Below are positions 25,798-34,516 of a DNA stretch of 64,000 nt, one piece after another. Under the pieces are notes generated by a model. That model was given only the letters and a program-made list of their open reading frames with translations. It did no database searches and was not told the origin of the DNA. Positions within the stretch are counted from its first letter, which is position 1, and each line of letters starts with the position of its first letter. Made by a program: the position numbers and the translations under genes. The stretch lies in the sequence record MZ475897.1; one strand, given 5' to 3'.

Positions 25798-26778
25798 ATG
25801 CGTTTTGGTTTCGCCTGTAAACTGCTGGATGACAACGGTAAGCAACCGTACACGAACAAGAGCCTGAGCTATGCTCACTTCTCCAAGCTGTCTCAGACAG
25901 AGCAGCAAGAAAAGCTGGTGCTTGTCGTCACACACAATCTGACCTCGTTGCTTGAGATGATCAGACACGTTGGTCGTCTGCGTACAGACTTGCGCATGTT
26001 TCGAATCACAAGCGAGCTACTTCCGCTGTTCACGCACCCGATGGTCACACGCATGTATCTCCAAACACACATGACCAAACTGACAGACACGATGTTGGCA
26101 ACATGTGGTGCAGCGGCTAGACGTCTTGGTGTTCGACTGTCATTCCACCCGGGTCAGTTTACCGTGCTTGCGTCTGACCGACCCGACGTTATGCTCAACT
26201 CGATTAACGAAATGGAGTATCACGCCTACTGTGCGCAGGCTATGGGCTACGGTCGTAAGTTCCAAGATTTCAAAATCAACATTCATTTGAGTGGTCGTCG
26301 TGGTGCCGCAGGTTTCAGAGACGCCTACTCTCGTCTAAGCGATCATTGCCGCAAGATGATCACGGTAGAGAATGACGAGTACACTTCCTCGATCGAGGAT
26401 TGTCTTGAGCTTGCCGACATTTGTCCTGTTGTTCTCGACATTCACCATCACTGGGTAATGACTAACGAATACATTCAGCCGACCGATGATCGTGTTCAAC
26501 GTGTCATTGACTCGTGGCGAGGCGTTCGCCCTGTTGCGCATTACTCTGTGTCACGCCCAGAGTTCATACCGTCTACGGGTCTGCCTGATCAGAACAAGCT
26601 AGAAGCAAAGTCTGCCTCGCTGCGTGCTCATTCTGACTACTACCACAACGACAGCGTAAACGAGTGGGCCCTCAGCTTCGAGCAATTCGACCTGATGTGC
26701 GAGTCTAAAGCGAAGAATCTAGCACGCACGAAACTAGCCCTTTTTAAGGGCAACTCTGCACAAATATGGTCAAAATAA
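25798..26778 (+). CDS. uvsE: UV DNA damage endonuclease UvsE/UVDE
   Basis: RFGFACK, MFRITS, RLSFHPGQFTVLAS, VENDE, DIHHHW, AHYS, AHSDY, MCESKAKNLA. Confidence 0.93.
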   Translation: MRFGFACKLLDDNGKQPYTNKSLSYAHFSKLSQTEQQEKLVLVVTHNLTSLLEMIRHVGRLRTDLRMFRITSELLPLFTHPMVTRMYLQTHMTKLTDTMLATCGAAARRLGVRLSFHPGQFTVLASDRPDVMLNSINEMEYHAYCAQAMGYGRKFQDFKINIHLSGRRGAAGFRDAYSRLSDHCRKMITVENDEYTSSIEDCLELADICPVVLDIHHHWVMTNEYIQPTDDRVQRVIDSWRGVRPVAHYSVSRPEFIPSTGLPDQNKLEAKSASLRAHSDYYHNDSVNEWALSFEQFDLMCESKAKNLARTKLALFKGNSAQIWSK

Positions 26779-26811
26779 GGCTTGTTTTAGAAGGTGCCCC
26801 TATGATACACT
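26767..26811 (+). promoter_or_regulatory. TGGAC-class promoter (variant TGGTCAAAAT)
   Basis: Motif 39 nt upstream of TACACT with extended -10 TG. Confidence 0.7.
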
Positions 26812-26862
26812 GATTACGAGCACTGTATGCTCGTTTCTACTGATTCAAGAGGATAAGACAAT

Positions 26863-27159
26863 ATGTTCATTACAACTCTAAACGCAAACACTGCGAAACC
26901 TGCGCCGAAGTCTATTAACCACATGAACCTCGACCTTGCACCTTCTGGTCGCATTTCTTGTGTCTGGCCTGGCGCACTCGATGTTCCTGCGAACATCAAA
27001 CGTTTCTGCCGTGCTTGTGAAATCATTACCGACCTTGATCCATGTATGCGTCTTCGTTTCAAAGGTCGTCGCTCTGACGTTCTGGCACTCATTACCAAGA
27101 TCGCTCCTGACAACCCTGACCTCGCAGCGCGAATTGCGGGCACTATCACTGAGGCTTAA
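26863..27159 (+). CDS. hypothetical protein
   Basis: GAGGA SD; first gene after promoter. Confidence 0.8.
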   Translation: MFITTLNANTAKPAPKSINHMNLDLAPSGRISCVWPGALDVPANIKRFCRACEIITDLDPCMRLRFKGRRSDVLALITKIAPDNPDLAARIAGTITEA

Positions 27160-27160
27160 A

Positions 27161-27424
27161 ATGAAAATCCCCTGTCTGAATGCTGTGTATGGTATTACGA
27201 ACACCAATACTCCACTCGTGGATAAACGCGGCTTTCGTTGTGTTGAATCGAAATATGTTGACGGAACGGAGGTTAGATTACAACGACAAGCCCATGACAT
27301 TCATGAACGTGTGGTAGTGGCCTATGACCAGTATGGTCGTGCAGTGTATGGAACACTGACTCCGCCCGCATCGTTCGAAGTGCGTGACAGCAAGGAAAGC
27401 GACCAATATAACAAGGCGCCCTAG
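27161..27424 (+). CDS. hypothetical protein
   Basis: ATG just after previous stop. Confidence 0.65.
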   Translation: MKIPCLNAVYGITNTNTPLVDKRGFRCVESKYVDGTEVRLQRQAHDIHERVVVAYDQYGRAVYGTLTPPASFEVRDSKESDQYNKAP

Positions 27425-27502
27425 CAAGCTCACAACGAAGCCATAGAATGAATACTAAGAAGTCTAACAATTCATGCGCTGACCTACTCGTGGGGTGTCA
27501 AA

Positions 27503-27880
27503 ATGATCGTAGTATGTAACTCTTCAAAGGAATTTTCTGTTGAACGTTTGAAACACGGGGACGCATTTGTATTCGGCAAGACGCGAATGCTTCTGCGAGC
27601 GGACTATCTGATACTAACAGATAAGCACAATGCTTTTTACGTGGTTCGCAAATCTGATGTTGTTTGGGCTCCCGAATTAACTGGCGCTACGCACATGATT
27701 AAGATCAGGGCGTATGCCCAGATTAAGCCGTTCGAACTCCATGCAGCATGTCCACAGTTCAATGGTCGTGTTTACGGAACAATCGCTTTCCGTAACCCAC
27801 ACTTTGAACATAGAATGAATACACTTCGTTATAGTGAGACAATCTTTGGAGGTCAACATGGCACGGTATCATGTGTTTAG
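27503..27880 (+). CDS. hypothetical protein
   Basis: 125-aa ORF. Confidence 0.65.
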   Translation: MIVVCNSSKEFSVERLKHGDAFVFGKTRMLLRADYLILTDKHNAFYVVRKSDVVWAPELTGATHMIKIRAYAQIKPFELHAACPQFNGRVYGTIAFRNPHFEHRMNTLRYSETIFGGQHGTVSCV

Positions 27881-28106
27881 TGCAGAAAGCAAATACTACG
27901 GCGAAGCATATGAGGGAACGCACTTAAAAGCGATTGACCTCGGGTACCCAGTTACCCACGCCGAGTTTAAAAATTTCGAGAGTGCTAAGGAATGCGCAGA
28001 TAAGTTACATGAGGTTTGCGATATGGGCTGGATTGTATACAACGCTTTTTCAGAAGTATCTGTATACGACAGCCGCACTATTGAAGGTGAGTCTGTAAAT
28101 AACTAA
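27858..28106 (+). CDS. hypothetical protein
   Basis: GGAGG SD. Confidence 0.7.
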   Translation: MARYHVFSAESKYYGEAYEGTHLKAIDLGYPVTHAEFKNFESAKECADKLHEVCDMGWIVYNAFSEVSVYDSRTIEGESVNN

Positions 28107-28177
28107 CAGACGACCTTGCATCTTCCGTGTGATGCTTACGGGCGTCACGCACATTCACTGTGATAATGAGGTTCAAA

Positions 28178-28693
28178 ATGAAATACGCTTCAATCGTTCT
28201 TGCTACTCTGCTTGCCACTTCTTTCGCTGCGTCTGCCGCTAACTATAAAGCACCAGCGCCTGTTAAGGGTATGCAGTCTAGCGGTATGCACATCGATGAT
28301 CAACTGGACGATAGCTGCCAGACCAAACTGTCTCAAGCCATCGACTTGCGCGACTCTGTTGTTGACTTCACTGTTAGTCGCAATCAGATTGATACTGTGG
28401 CCGCTTGGCCGCTTGTGTGTTCCCCAACAGTCGAAGCAAAGACTGTTAGTGTTGAGCGTATGGGTTCTGACCTGACGATCACTTACGTTAACAACGACGA
28501 CACCCTGCACCCGCTGACTCTGACATTGCAGCGTGTTGAATCTGAATCCGAAGATGACGCACCCGCGTATCAGATCGTCCAAGTAGGTGACATGAGCGCA
28601 ATGGGTTATCAAGAGCAGGCCGACGTTAAAGACTGGCTGCTGGACTGTTACGCTGCTACGTTGCAGACTGGCATTCCACTGAGCATGAACTAA
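28178..28693 (+). CDS. putative secreted/periplasmic protein
   Basis: Signal peptide MKYASIVLATLLATSFAASA with AxA cleavage site. Confidence 0.7.
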   Translation: MKYASIVLATLLATSFAASAANYKAPAPVKGMQSSGMHIDDQLDDSCQTKLSQAIDLRDSVVDFTVSRNQIDTVAAWPLVCSPTVEAKTVSVERMGSDLTITYVNNDDTLHPLTLTLQRVESESEDDAPAYQIVQVGDMSAMGYQEQADVKDWLLDCYAATLQTGIPLSMN

Positions 28694-28971
28694 TGCAGCA
28701 CCGTCGTAAAGTAAAGGCCGAGTCAAAGCAACGTTCAATACCCGAAGACTGGCCTGTATTCAAAGACATGTTGCTGACGTTGCGCATCGCTGTACTCACG
28801 GACGAGAAACCTCACGCTAAACTGCGTGCGCTTGCTCTCCAATGGTATACAGATGGGAAGTATCGTAACCCTGTCTGTGATTCTGTTTTGCTTAGGTTAA
28901 CCGCTGAGAAACGACCTAAGCAAACTCTTGATCAATTGATCACTCTCTATAACTTTCTTGAGGAAGAATAA
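28693..28971 (+). CDS. hypothetical protein
   Basis: TAATG coupling. Confidence 0.65.
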   Translation: MQHRRKVKAESKQRSIPEDWPVFKDMLLTLRIAVLTDEKPHAKLRALALQWYTDGKYRNPVCDSVLLRLTAEKRPKQTLDQLITLYNFLEEE

Positions 28972-28973
28972 AA

Positions 28974-30194
28974 ATGGCTATCATTTCCGCAGAAGAACAA
29001 GCGCGTCTGGATTCACTTGCTGCTATCGTAGCTAAGATGTGGGATCAAGGCGGCCCTGCTGTGCGTGATGCTCTGCGCTACGTTGCTAACCAAATGCTGA
29101 GCGACGAGCACTCATTCCTGTACGAAGAAGTGCCTGGTGTAACGCCTGACATTGAATCTGTCTACCACCATCTGAGCGATTTGCCCCTGACGGGTATGAC
29201 CCGCATCGTGCGCAATCCTGACTTGATCAGCTCGCTTGAAGATCTGATGAACAAAAACGAGCGTGAGATCTTCGGCTCTGCCGTGCGTAACAGCGCATAC
29301 ACTATGTTCAAACTTTTACCGCAGAATGAAACCTCGGTGTTCTGCCATCCAGGTAAAGGTGCTACCTCTCGCACCCAGCCTCGTCAAGTCGCTGAAAGAC
29401 TGCATCGTGGTTTAAGCTACATGTTGTCCGTGCGCGGTCTGGACGCGTATATCAAAAAGGCTGACAATCAAATTCGCTCTTACGGGCATACTCGCCTGGC
29501 CTCTCTGGTAATCGCAGTCGCAGTCAAAGGCGAACGCAGTGTTGCTACTCGCATCGTACCTCTGTGGTGCATGGACAATCACACCACAGAGGTAGGCACG
29601 ATTGAACTTGATCAGGATATCCCGAACGATAAGCCTTCAACCTCAGTTGAGGTAGAAACTGATATCCAAGTTTGGCCGAAGTTTGAAGCAAAACAACTTA
29701 GAGATATCCTGCTCAAGCATGGGAATTATATCGAGTCTAAGCTGCGCGGCATGGACCGCGAAGAATTAGATGATACCTATGAAGCCTTCGTTGATGCATA
29801 CCTTAACAATACTCACGACGAGGGTGATGAAGACGAAGATGATGAGTGGGACGAAGAAGAGGATGAAGACGAAGAAGATGCCTTCTGTCCTGAAATCCCT
29901 TCGCGCCTTGCCTTACCTATCGAACTGCCTATTGTTAATCTCGAACGTCCGAAGTTAGACATTCGCCCAGGCATGCGTTTGAAGACCAAAAAGCCTAGAC
30001 AGTCTCATATTCAGAATATTCTGATTGATCCAGTTTGGCACGCAGTTGACCCACAAGACGAGAACAATATTCATTATTTCAGTGTGTCTATTGTTGCCCG
30101 TGATACTGTCGGTCATAAGGCTATTTCAGCTTCGCCGCTTGAAGCACTGACTATCTCCAACGTGCTGATGCAGATCGCTGAAACTAACACTTAA
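28974..30194 (+). CDS. hypothetical protein with acidic tract
   Basis: 406 aa; DEGDEDEDDEWDEEEDEDEED. Confidence 0.85.
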   Translation: MAIISAEEQARLDSLAAIVAKMWDQGGPAVRDALRYVANQMLSDEHSFLYEEVPGVTPDIESVYHHLSDLPLTGMTRIVRNPDLISSLEDLMNKNEREIFGSAVRNSAYTMFKLLPQNETSVFCHPGKGATSRTQPRQVAERLHRGLSYMLSVRGLDAYIKKADNQIRSYGHTRLASLVIAVAVKGERSVATRIVPLWCMDNHTTEVGTIELDQDIPNDKPSTSVEVETDIQVWPKFEAKQLRDILLKHGNYIESKLRGMDREELDDTYEAFVDAYLNNTHDEGDEDEDDEWDEEEDEDEEDAFCPEIPSRLALPIELPIVNLERPKLDIRPGMRLKTKKPRQSHIQNILIDPVWHAVDPQDENNIHYFSVSIVARDTVGHKAISASPLEALTISNVLMQIAETNT

Positions 30195-30195
30195 C

Positions 30196-30239
30196 TGGAC
30201 AAAACAGCGCTTCTTAACGAGGCGCTTTTCTGCTATAAT
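30196..30239 (+). promoter_or_regulatory. TGGAC-class promoter
   Basis: TGGACAAAAC 38 nt upstream of TATAAT; AGCGCTTC/GAGGCGCT hairpin in between. Confidence 0.8.
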
Positions 30240-30305
30240 AGCAGCTAGAGCATAAGCTCTCACGTTTGCATCTACTATACGTTAAATACGGGAACCTCAC
30301 ATATT

Positions 30306-30608
30306 ATGGCACGTAACATTTCACGCAAGAAAGCGCTCGACCTGATGGCAAAAACTTACAACGAAAAACATCCAGAGTATTTGCCGCGCCTCATGAAAGA
30401 GGACATGAATGCGAAAGACCTGTTCGAATTCCGTGAAGATGTTGTAGCTCAAATTCAGGCAGGTTTGAATCCTGCGAAAGTTGTTGATGATATGATCGAC
30501 AACGCAATACGCGTCACCACGATGCGCCGCCGTATGAGCAATGATTATAATCCGAAACTCTCCGACGTTCTTACCGATGAACTGCGTGAGGAACTTCGTA
30601 AACTCTAA
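30306..30608 (+). CDS. hypothetical protein
   Basis: First gene after promoter. Confidence 0.8.
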   Translation: MARNISRKKALDLMAKTYNEKHPEYLPRLMKEDMNAKDLFEFREDVVAQIQAGLNPAKVVDDMIDNAIRVTTMRRRMSNDYNPKLSDVLTDELREELRKL

Positions 30609-30617
30609 GGAATAAAA

Positions 30618-31178
30618 ATGAAAAACTACGGTTACTTCTTTATCCTGAATCACATCGCACTCGCCGTAGATAGCGCCAGCAAGGAAGCTGGCTTTAAAGA
30701 TTTGGTTGAGCTGGACATGTTCAACCGCGCTTCTGTTTTAGTTGTAGCTGACGCCGAGCCAAGGGGACGTCAGATTGCAAACGATTTGACCGCTGCACTT
30801 TATCCACGAGCGGCTGATTGTGTGCCAACAGTTGAGCAACGCATGATGTTAGTGCAAGCTCTGCATGATGCCGAAATCGAAAAGATTCTTGGCAACATCC
30901 GCTTCTTCGTACCGCACGCTCACACGCGAGAAGATTTGATTTCGCGTTTCGGCTTTTACGTGGAGAACGATCAGCCTGCGCTGTTTATGCCGTACTATAT
31001 GCGAAAGCATATTCTTAGTGACACCGCTGTATTCTGCGAGGGACGTCTGACTTCATTCAGAGACGCTTGCTCTAACGGAACTGTTACTGAGAACATCCGC
31101 GACTACGGCCTATTGACTGCGCAAGCGTACGGAAAAGACAACGTGCCTGAAATGTATCAGGACCTGCCTTTGTTTTAA
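30618..31178 (+). CDS. hypothetical protein
   Basis: AAGGA SD. Confidence 0.8.
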   Translation: MKNYGYFFILNHIALAVDSASKEAGFKDLVELDMFNRASVLVVADAEPRGRQIANDLTAALYPRAADCVPTVEQRMMLVQALHDAEIEKILGNIRFFVPHAHTREDLISRFGFYVENDQPALFMPYYMRKHILSDTAVFCEGRLTSFRDACSNGTVTENIRDYGLLTAQAYGKDNVPEMYQDLPLF

Positions 31179-31189
31179 GGAGACACCTC

Positions 31190-31657
31190 ATGGGTGTAGT
31201 TAACGGTATCAGTTCAACTAAGTTCCCGCGTCGAGGGCGGGACGAAGGTCTGACAGTCATTCTTCGTCGTCGCTGGGGATTGTACCCAGCGGTTATTGTT
31301 CGTCAAGATCATGGCGAACCCAACAACACGATTCATCGCATCGAGGCTAAAGCGCTACCCAAGCGCTTCTTTGATGGCAGTCATGAACTCTATGTTGCTG
31401 AGTATTATCAAACGAACTTCCCTAAAGACACTCCCATCTGCGCTGCTGGTGAAGTTGAAGGTCTGTTCGTTGAGATTGTATTCGACCATGACGTGCATAA
31501 CAAATGCGAAGGCATCTGTGTGACCGATCGCGGTATGCAGAAAATCTTTTTGATCACGACAGGTCAACACGAAGGTCGTTACGTCACTGAGGCCGAGTGT
31601 GATTACAAAGTCAAACCTAAACTTGTAAAGGATAATAGAGATGACAGTAACATCTGA
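31190..31657 (+). CDS. hypothetical protein, probable tandem small beta-barrel domains
   Basis: AGGAG SD; two FP[RK]...EGL.V halves. Confidence 0.75.
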   Translation: MGVVNGISSTKFPRRGRDEGLTVILRRRWGLYPAVIVRQDHGEPNNTIHRIEAKALPKRFFDGSHELYVAEYYQTNFPKDTPICAAGEVEGLFVEIVFDHDVHNKCEGICVTDRGMQKIFLITTGQHEGRYVTEAECDYKVKPKLVKDNRDDSNI

Positions 31658-31946
31658 ACACTCAACAACATCTAGCTGCAAGCGTGCGACTACAGGCCTG
31701 GGTCGTTTGACTAGCGGTGATCAGTTCTTCCTGTCGCTGGCCATCACTGGTTCTAAGACAGGCGAAGATGCGGGCTTCATTGATTCCGTTCGTGATCTGC
31801 ACAAGCACATCGCTGCGTTTGCAGCAAAGCATGAGGTTACGCAAGTGACCGCGTTTCTTGGACATAACGTTATGTCCGACGCCGAGTACACGTTAGAGTT
31901 CAACGTGTCTCAAGTATTCACACTCAAAAAAGAAAGGACGTATTAA
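31641..31946 (+). CDS. hypothetical protein
   Basis: Coupled to dut by TAATG. Confidence 0.7.
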   Translation: MTVTSEHSTTSSCKRATTGLGRLTSGDQFFLSLAITGSKTGEDAGFIDSVRDLHKHIAAFAAKHEVTQVTAFLGHNVMSDAEYTLEFNVSQVFTLKKERTY

Positions 31947-32491
31947 TGGAATTTCAAATTAAGCCAGACTTGCAGACCTACCCAAATTTCATTCTGCCTA
32001 AGCGCGGCTCTGCTCAGGCGGCGGGCCTCGATCTGTTCGCGCAGGAAGATATGATCTTCACTGAAACCACTGAGCTGTTTAATCTTGGCTTCCGCGCCGC
32101 TGTGCCTGAAGGCTACGTTGCCTTAATCGTACCGCGCTCTGGCTTGGGTGCTAAGTTCAACATGCAACTGTCAAACACGATGGGCGTTATCGATAGTGAC
32201 TATCGTGGTGATTGGATGGCAGCATTCCATCTGGGCGGCAAAGGCACTAAAGTTGATACGCTGCCTCCATACGGTCAGTACCAGAAAGGGTTCTATCATC
32301 AAGGCAGTGAGCTGTGGGAAAAAGCGAATCAAAACGAAGCGCCGATGCTCCTCGTTCCTAAAGGTGATGCGTTTGCGCAGGTGCTGTTCTTTGAAGTACC
32401 GTTGATGCAAGTGACTCTGGTCGACGAGCTGCCTGAAACAGAGCGTGGTGAAGGTGGCTTCGGTTCTACCACGAAGTCGCAAAGTGCCTGA
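31946..32491 (+). CDS. dut: trimeric dUTPase with insertion
   Basis: AAGLDL, PRSGLG, GVIDSDYRG, AQVLF, RGEGGFGST (motifs I-V). Confidence 0.95.
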   Translation: MEFQIKPDLQTYPNFILPKRGSAQAAGLDLFAQEDMIFTETTELFNLGFRAAVPEGYVALIVPRSGLGAKFNMQLSNTMGVIDSDYRGDWMAAFHLGGKGTKVDTLPPYGQYQKGFYHQGSELWEKANQNEAPMLLVPKGDAFAQVLFFEVPLMQVTLVDELPETERGEGGFGSTTKSQSA

Positions 32492-32699
32492 TTACCTTAT
32501 CTTCATCTTGATCGCCTACTACATTGTAGGCTTCATGCAGTTTATGCGTGAAGTGTTCAGTTCTAAACTGAGTGAGAGCGAACGCTTGGCTGTCATTAAA
32601 GAAGATGAGGACACTCCAACGTCCGTAGTTTGGGCGCAGGCATTTAAGCTGATGTTATACGTTCTGTTCATTCACATACCGATGTGGATATTCAGATAA
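32484..32699 (+). CDS. small membrane protein
   Basis: GTG start overlapping dut end; two hydrophobic segments. Confidence 0.55.
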   Translation: MPDYLIFILIAYYIVGFMQFMREVFSSKLSESERLAVIKEDEDTPTSVVWAQAFKLMLYVLFIHIPMWIFR

Positions 32700-32709
32700 C
32701 GTCAATCGT

Positions 32710-32733
32710 TAGGTCCTTGCGGGGACCTATTTT
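32710..32733 (+). terminator. intrinsic terminator
   Basis: TAGGTCCT-TGCG-GGGACCTA-TTTT. Confidence 0.7.
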
Positions 32734-32750
32734 ATCGTAATATAAACACT

Positions 32751-33071
32751 ATGAGCAAAAAGAAACCGCAGTACATTCTGCCTCGTGAGCGTCCTACGCG
32801 CTTGCCAAATCTGCGTGCTTATCTGATGCATCTGGCACGCAACCCAAACAAACATCGTGCCGTCCTTGAGATGCATTGCAATGCAGCGCTGGCCCAGCTG
32901 CGTAAAGATCGTTTATTTCTTGGCAGACTGTTTGCTCATAAGGTGTATACGAAGTCGAGCAAGGTCGCATACACAATAGTATGGATTGACCCGTACAACT
33001 ACGATTGCCTTGTTCTAAATCATATAAAAAGGAGAGTAGAGTTTAAAAACCTTTACGGCCTGATTCTTTGA
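32751..33071 (+). CDS. hypothetical basic protein
   Basis: 106-aa ORF. Confidence 0.65.
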   Translation: MSKKKPQYILPRERPTRLPNLRAYLMHLARNPNKHRAVLEMHCNAALAQLRKDRLFLGRLFAHKVYTKSSKVAYTIVWIDPYNYDCLVLNHIKRRVEFKNLYGLIL

Positions 33072-33104
33072 TTAGGTCCTAGCGCCTTCACACTAGGAGA
33101 CAGA

Positions 33105-33785
33105 ATGACTATTCTTATTTCTAACCGCACCGACGAGGTGATTCGCCAACTCAACGTAGCTATCTGGTCAAGCGTTCTATTCGGACTCATTGTACTTGCA
33201 TCAATTCTGGTGCAGCCGAATGCAACAGCCAGCGTCTCTACGGGCCCTGATAACGTTATCGATATGTCTTCAACAACTTCACTCGATCCCTCCAATCGTG
33301 TGGCAAGAGAATACAAGGAGATTGCAAAGACGCTAGTTGTGCAAGACGAGCGAAGGCCCTCGCGTTCTGTTACGAGAGAGCGCCTCCGACAATTGTACTC
33401 GCATCTACCGCACCCCAATGATTTAGGCAGGCAGATTGATTTGGCCGCTGCAAAGTATGCAGTGGACGCAAAGCTGATTCTTTCCATTTGCGTTTCCGAG
33501 TCGCATCTTCGTGCTAAAGTCAGAAACAAGTCTGGTGCCACAGGCATCTGCCAAGTAATGGCTAAGATGCATGGGCATTCAGCAAAAGACCTCCTCGATT
33601 ATCGTATCAACATTGATGCGGCAACGAAGATAATTGCAGATCTTAATAAACAGTGTCGTGGTCGTACTGCTTGTGTTATTCAAGCGTACAACACAGGCTG
33701 GGGAGCATATTCGAAGGGTGCCCGTGCACCGCAATACTTGGCTAAAGTTAGATCAGAGATGCGCAAGCACCCATCATCATCCTAA
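33105..33785 (+). CDS. SLT-family lytic transglycosylase with N-terminal membrane segment
   Basis: LILSICVSES (catalytic Glu), SGATGICQVM, NIDAA, AYNTG, YLAKV. Confidence 0.85.
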   Translation: MTILISNRTDEVIRQLNVAIWSSVLFGLIVLASILVQPNATASVSTGPDNVIDMSSTTSLDPSNRVAREYKEIAKTLVVQDERRPSRSVTRERLRQLYSHLPHPNDLGRQIDLAAAKYAVDAKLILSICVSESHLRAKVRNKSGATGICQVMAKMHGHSAKDLLDYRINIDAATKIIADLNKQCRGRTACVIQAYNTGWGAYSKGARAPQYLAKVRSEMRKHPSSS

Positions 33786-33798
33786 AGAGGACATAATA

Positions 33799-34452
33799 AT
33801 GAGCACCGCCAACATCGCAGACTTGTACAAAATGCAGTTCCAGATTCTCAAACCACTTTCGCCTCGCCAAGAGTACGCACTGATTGTGCTACATGCTTCC
33901 GCGACCGAAGATGATGTTCGTGGTCTGGCCGAAGTTGTTGTTCGTGATTACCCGCACGTTGCGCGTCTGTATGATGCGTTTGCTGCTGCGACTGAGTACG
34001 GTGATAACTCTGTACCGTTCATCATTCCAGTATCAAACAGTGAGCACGTCACCGAAGAGATTTACGCTATCGTTGATCACTCACTCGTCGTTGCGCCAAG
34101 TCTGCGCCAACTTTTGGAGCAAGCCCTTGAGCGTGTTCAATACATGCCAGAGACTGCTGACGAAAGACGTTTCGTAATTGAACGCGAACCCCTGACTATG
34201 GGCTGGTTCATTGATTGTGTCCTTGACGCGTACAACTGTGGTCAACTGCCTATGGCTGTTCGTCCATCGAAAGCGCAACAACAAATGCGTAACGAAAACC
34301 TGCTGTCGTTCAATCAGCTCCGTGATGCTGATATGTTCAGCGGCGAGATCGACTACACGCAAGCCTTACAGCCGAGTATGCAAGCGCGTCACATTGCAGC
34401 TAAGCTGATCGCACGTCTGCAAAACAGCAAGCGTGCCGTAACTGTTAACTAA
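33799..34452 (+). CDS. hypothetical protein
   Basis: GAGGA SD. Confidence 0.8.
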   Translation: MSTANIADLYKMQFQILKPLSPRQEYALIVLHASATEDDVRGLAEVVVRDYPHVARLYDAFAAATEYGDNSVPFIIPVSNSEHVTEEIYAIVDHSLVVAPSLRQLLEQALERVQYMPETADERRFVIEREPLTMGWFIDCVLDAYNCGQLPMAVRPSKAQQQMRNENLLSFNQLRDADMFSGEIDYTQALQPSMQARHIAAKLIARLQNSKRAVTVN

Positions 34453-34457
34453 CAACT

Positions 34458-34485
34458 CGGGAGACCTTAACTGGTTTCCCGTTTT
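34458..34485 (+). terminator. intrinsic terminator
   Basis: CGGGAGACC...GGTTTCCCG-TTTT. Confidence 0.7.
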
Positions 34486-34516
34486 ACTTTCTCGCTGAAT
34501 TTTTAAGGAAATTCCA

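Noticed and set aside
10168-27159. Similarity between the 10168 and 26863 products (G.R.+VL......PD)
   Set aside because: Too short to support homology without a profile search
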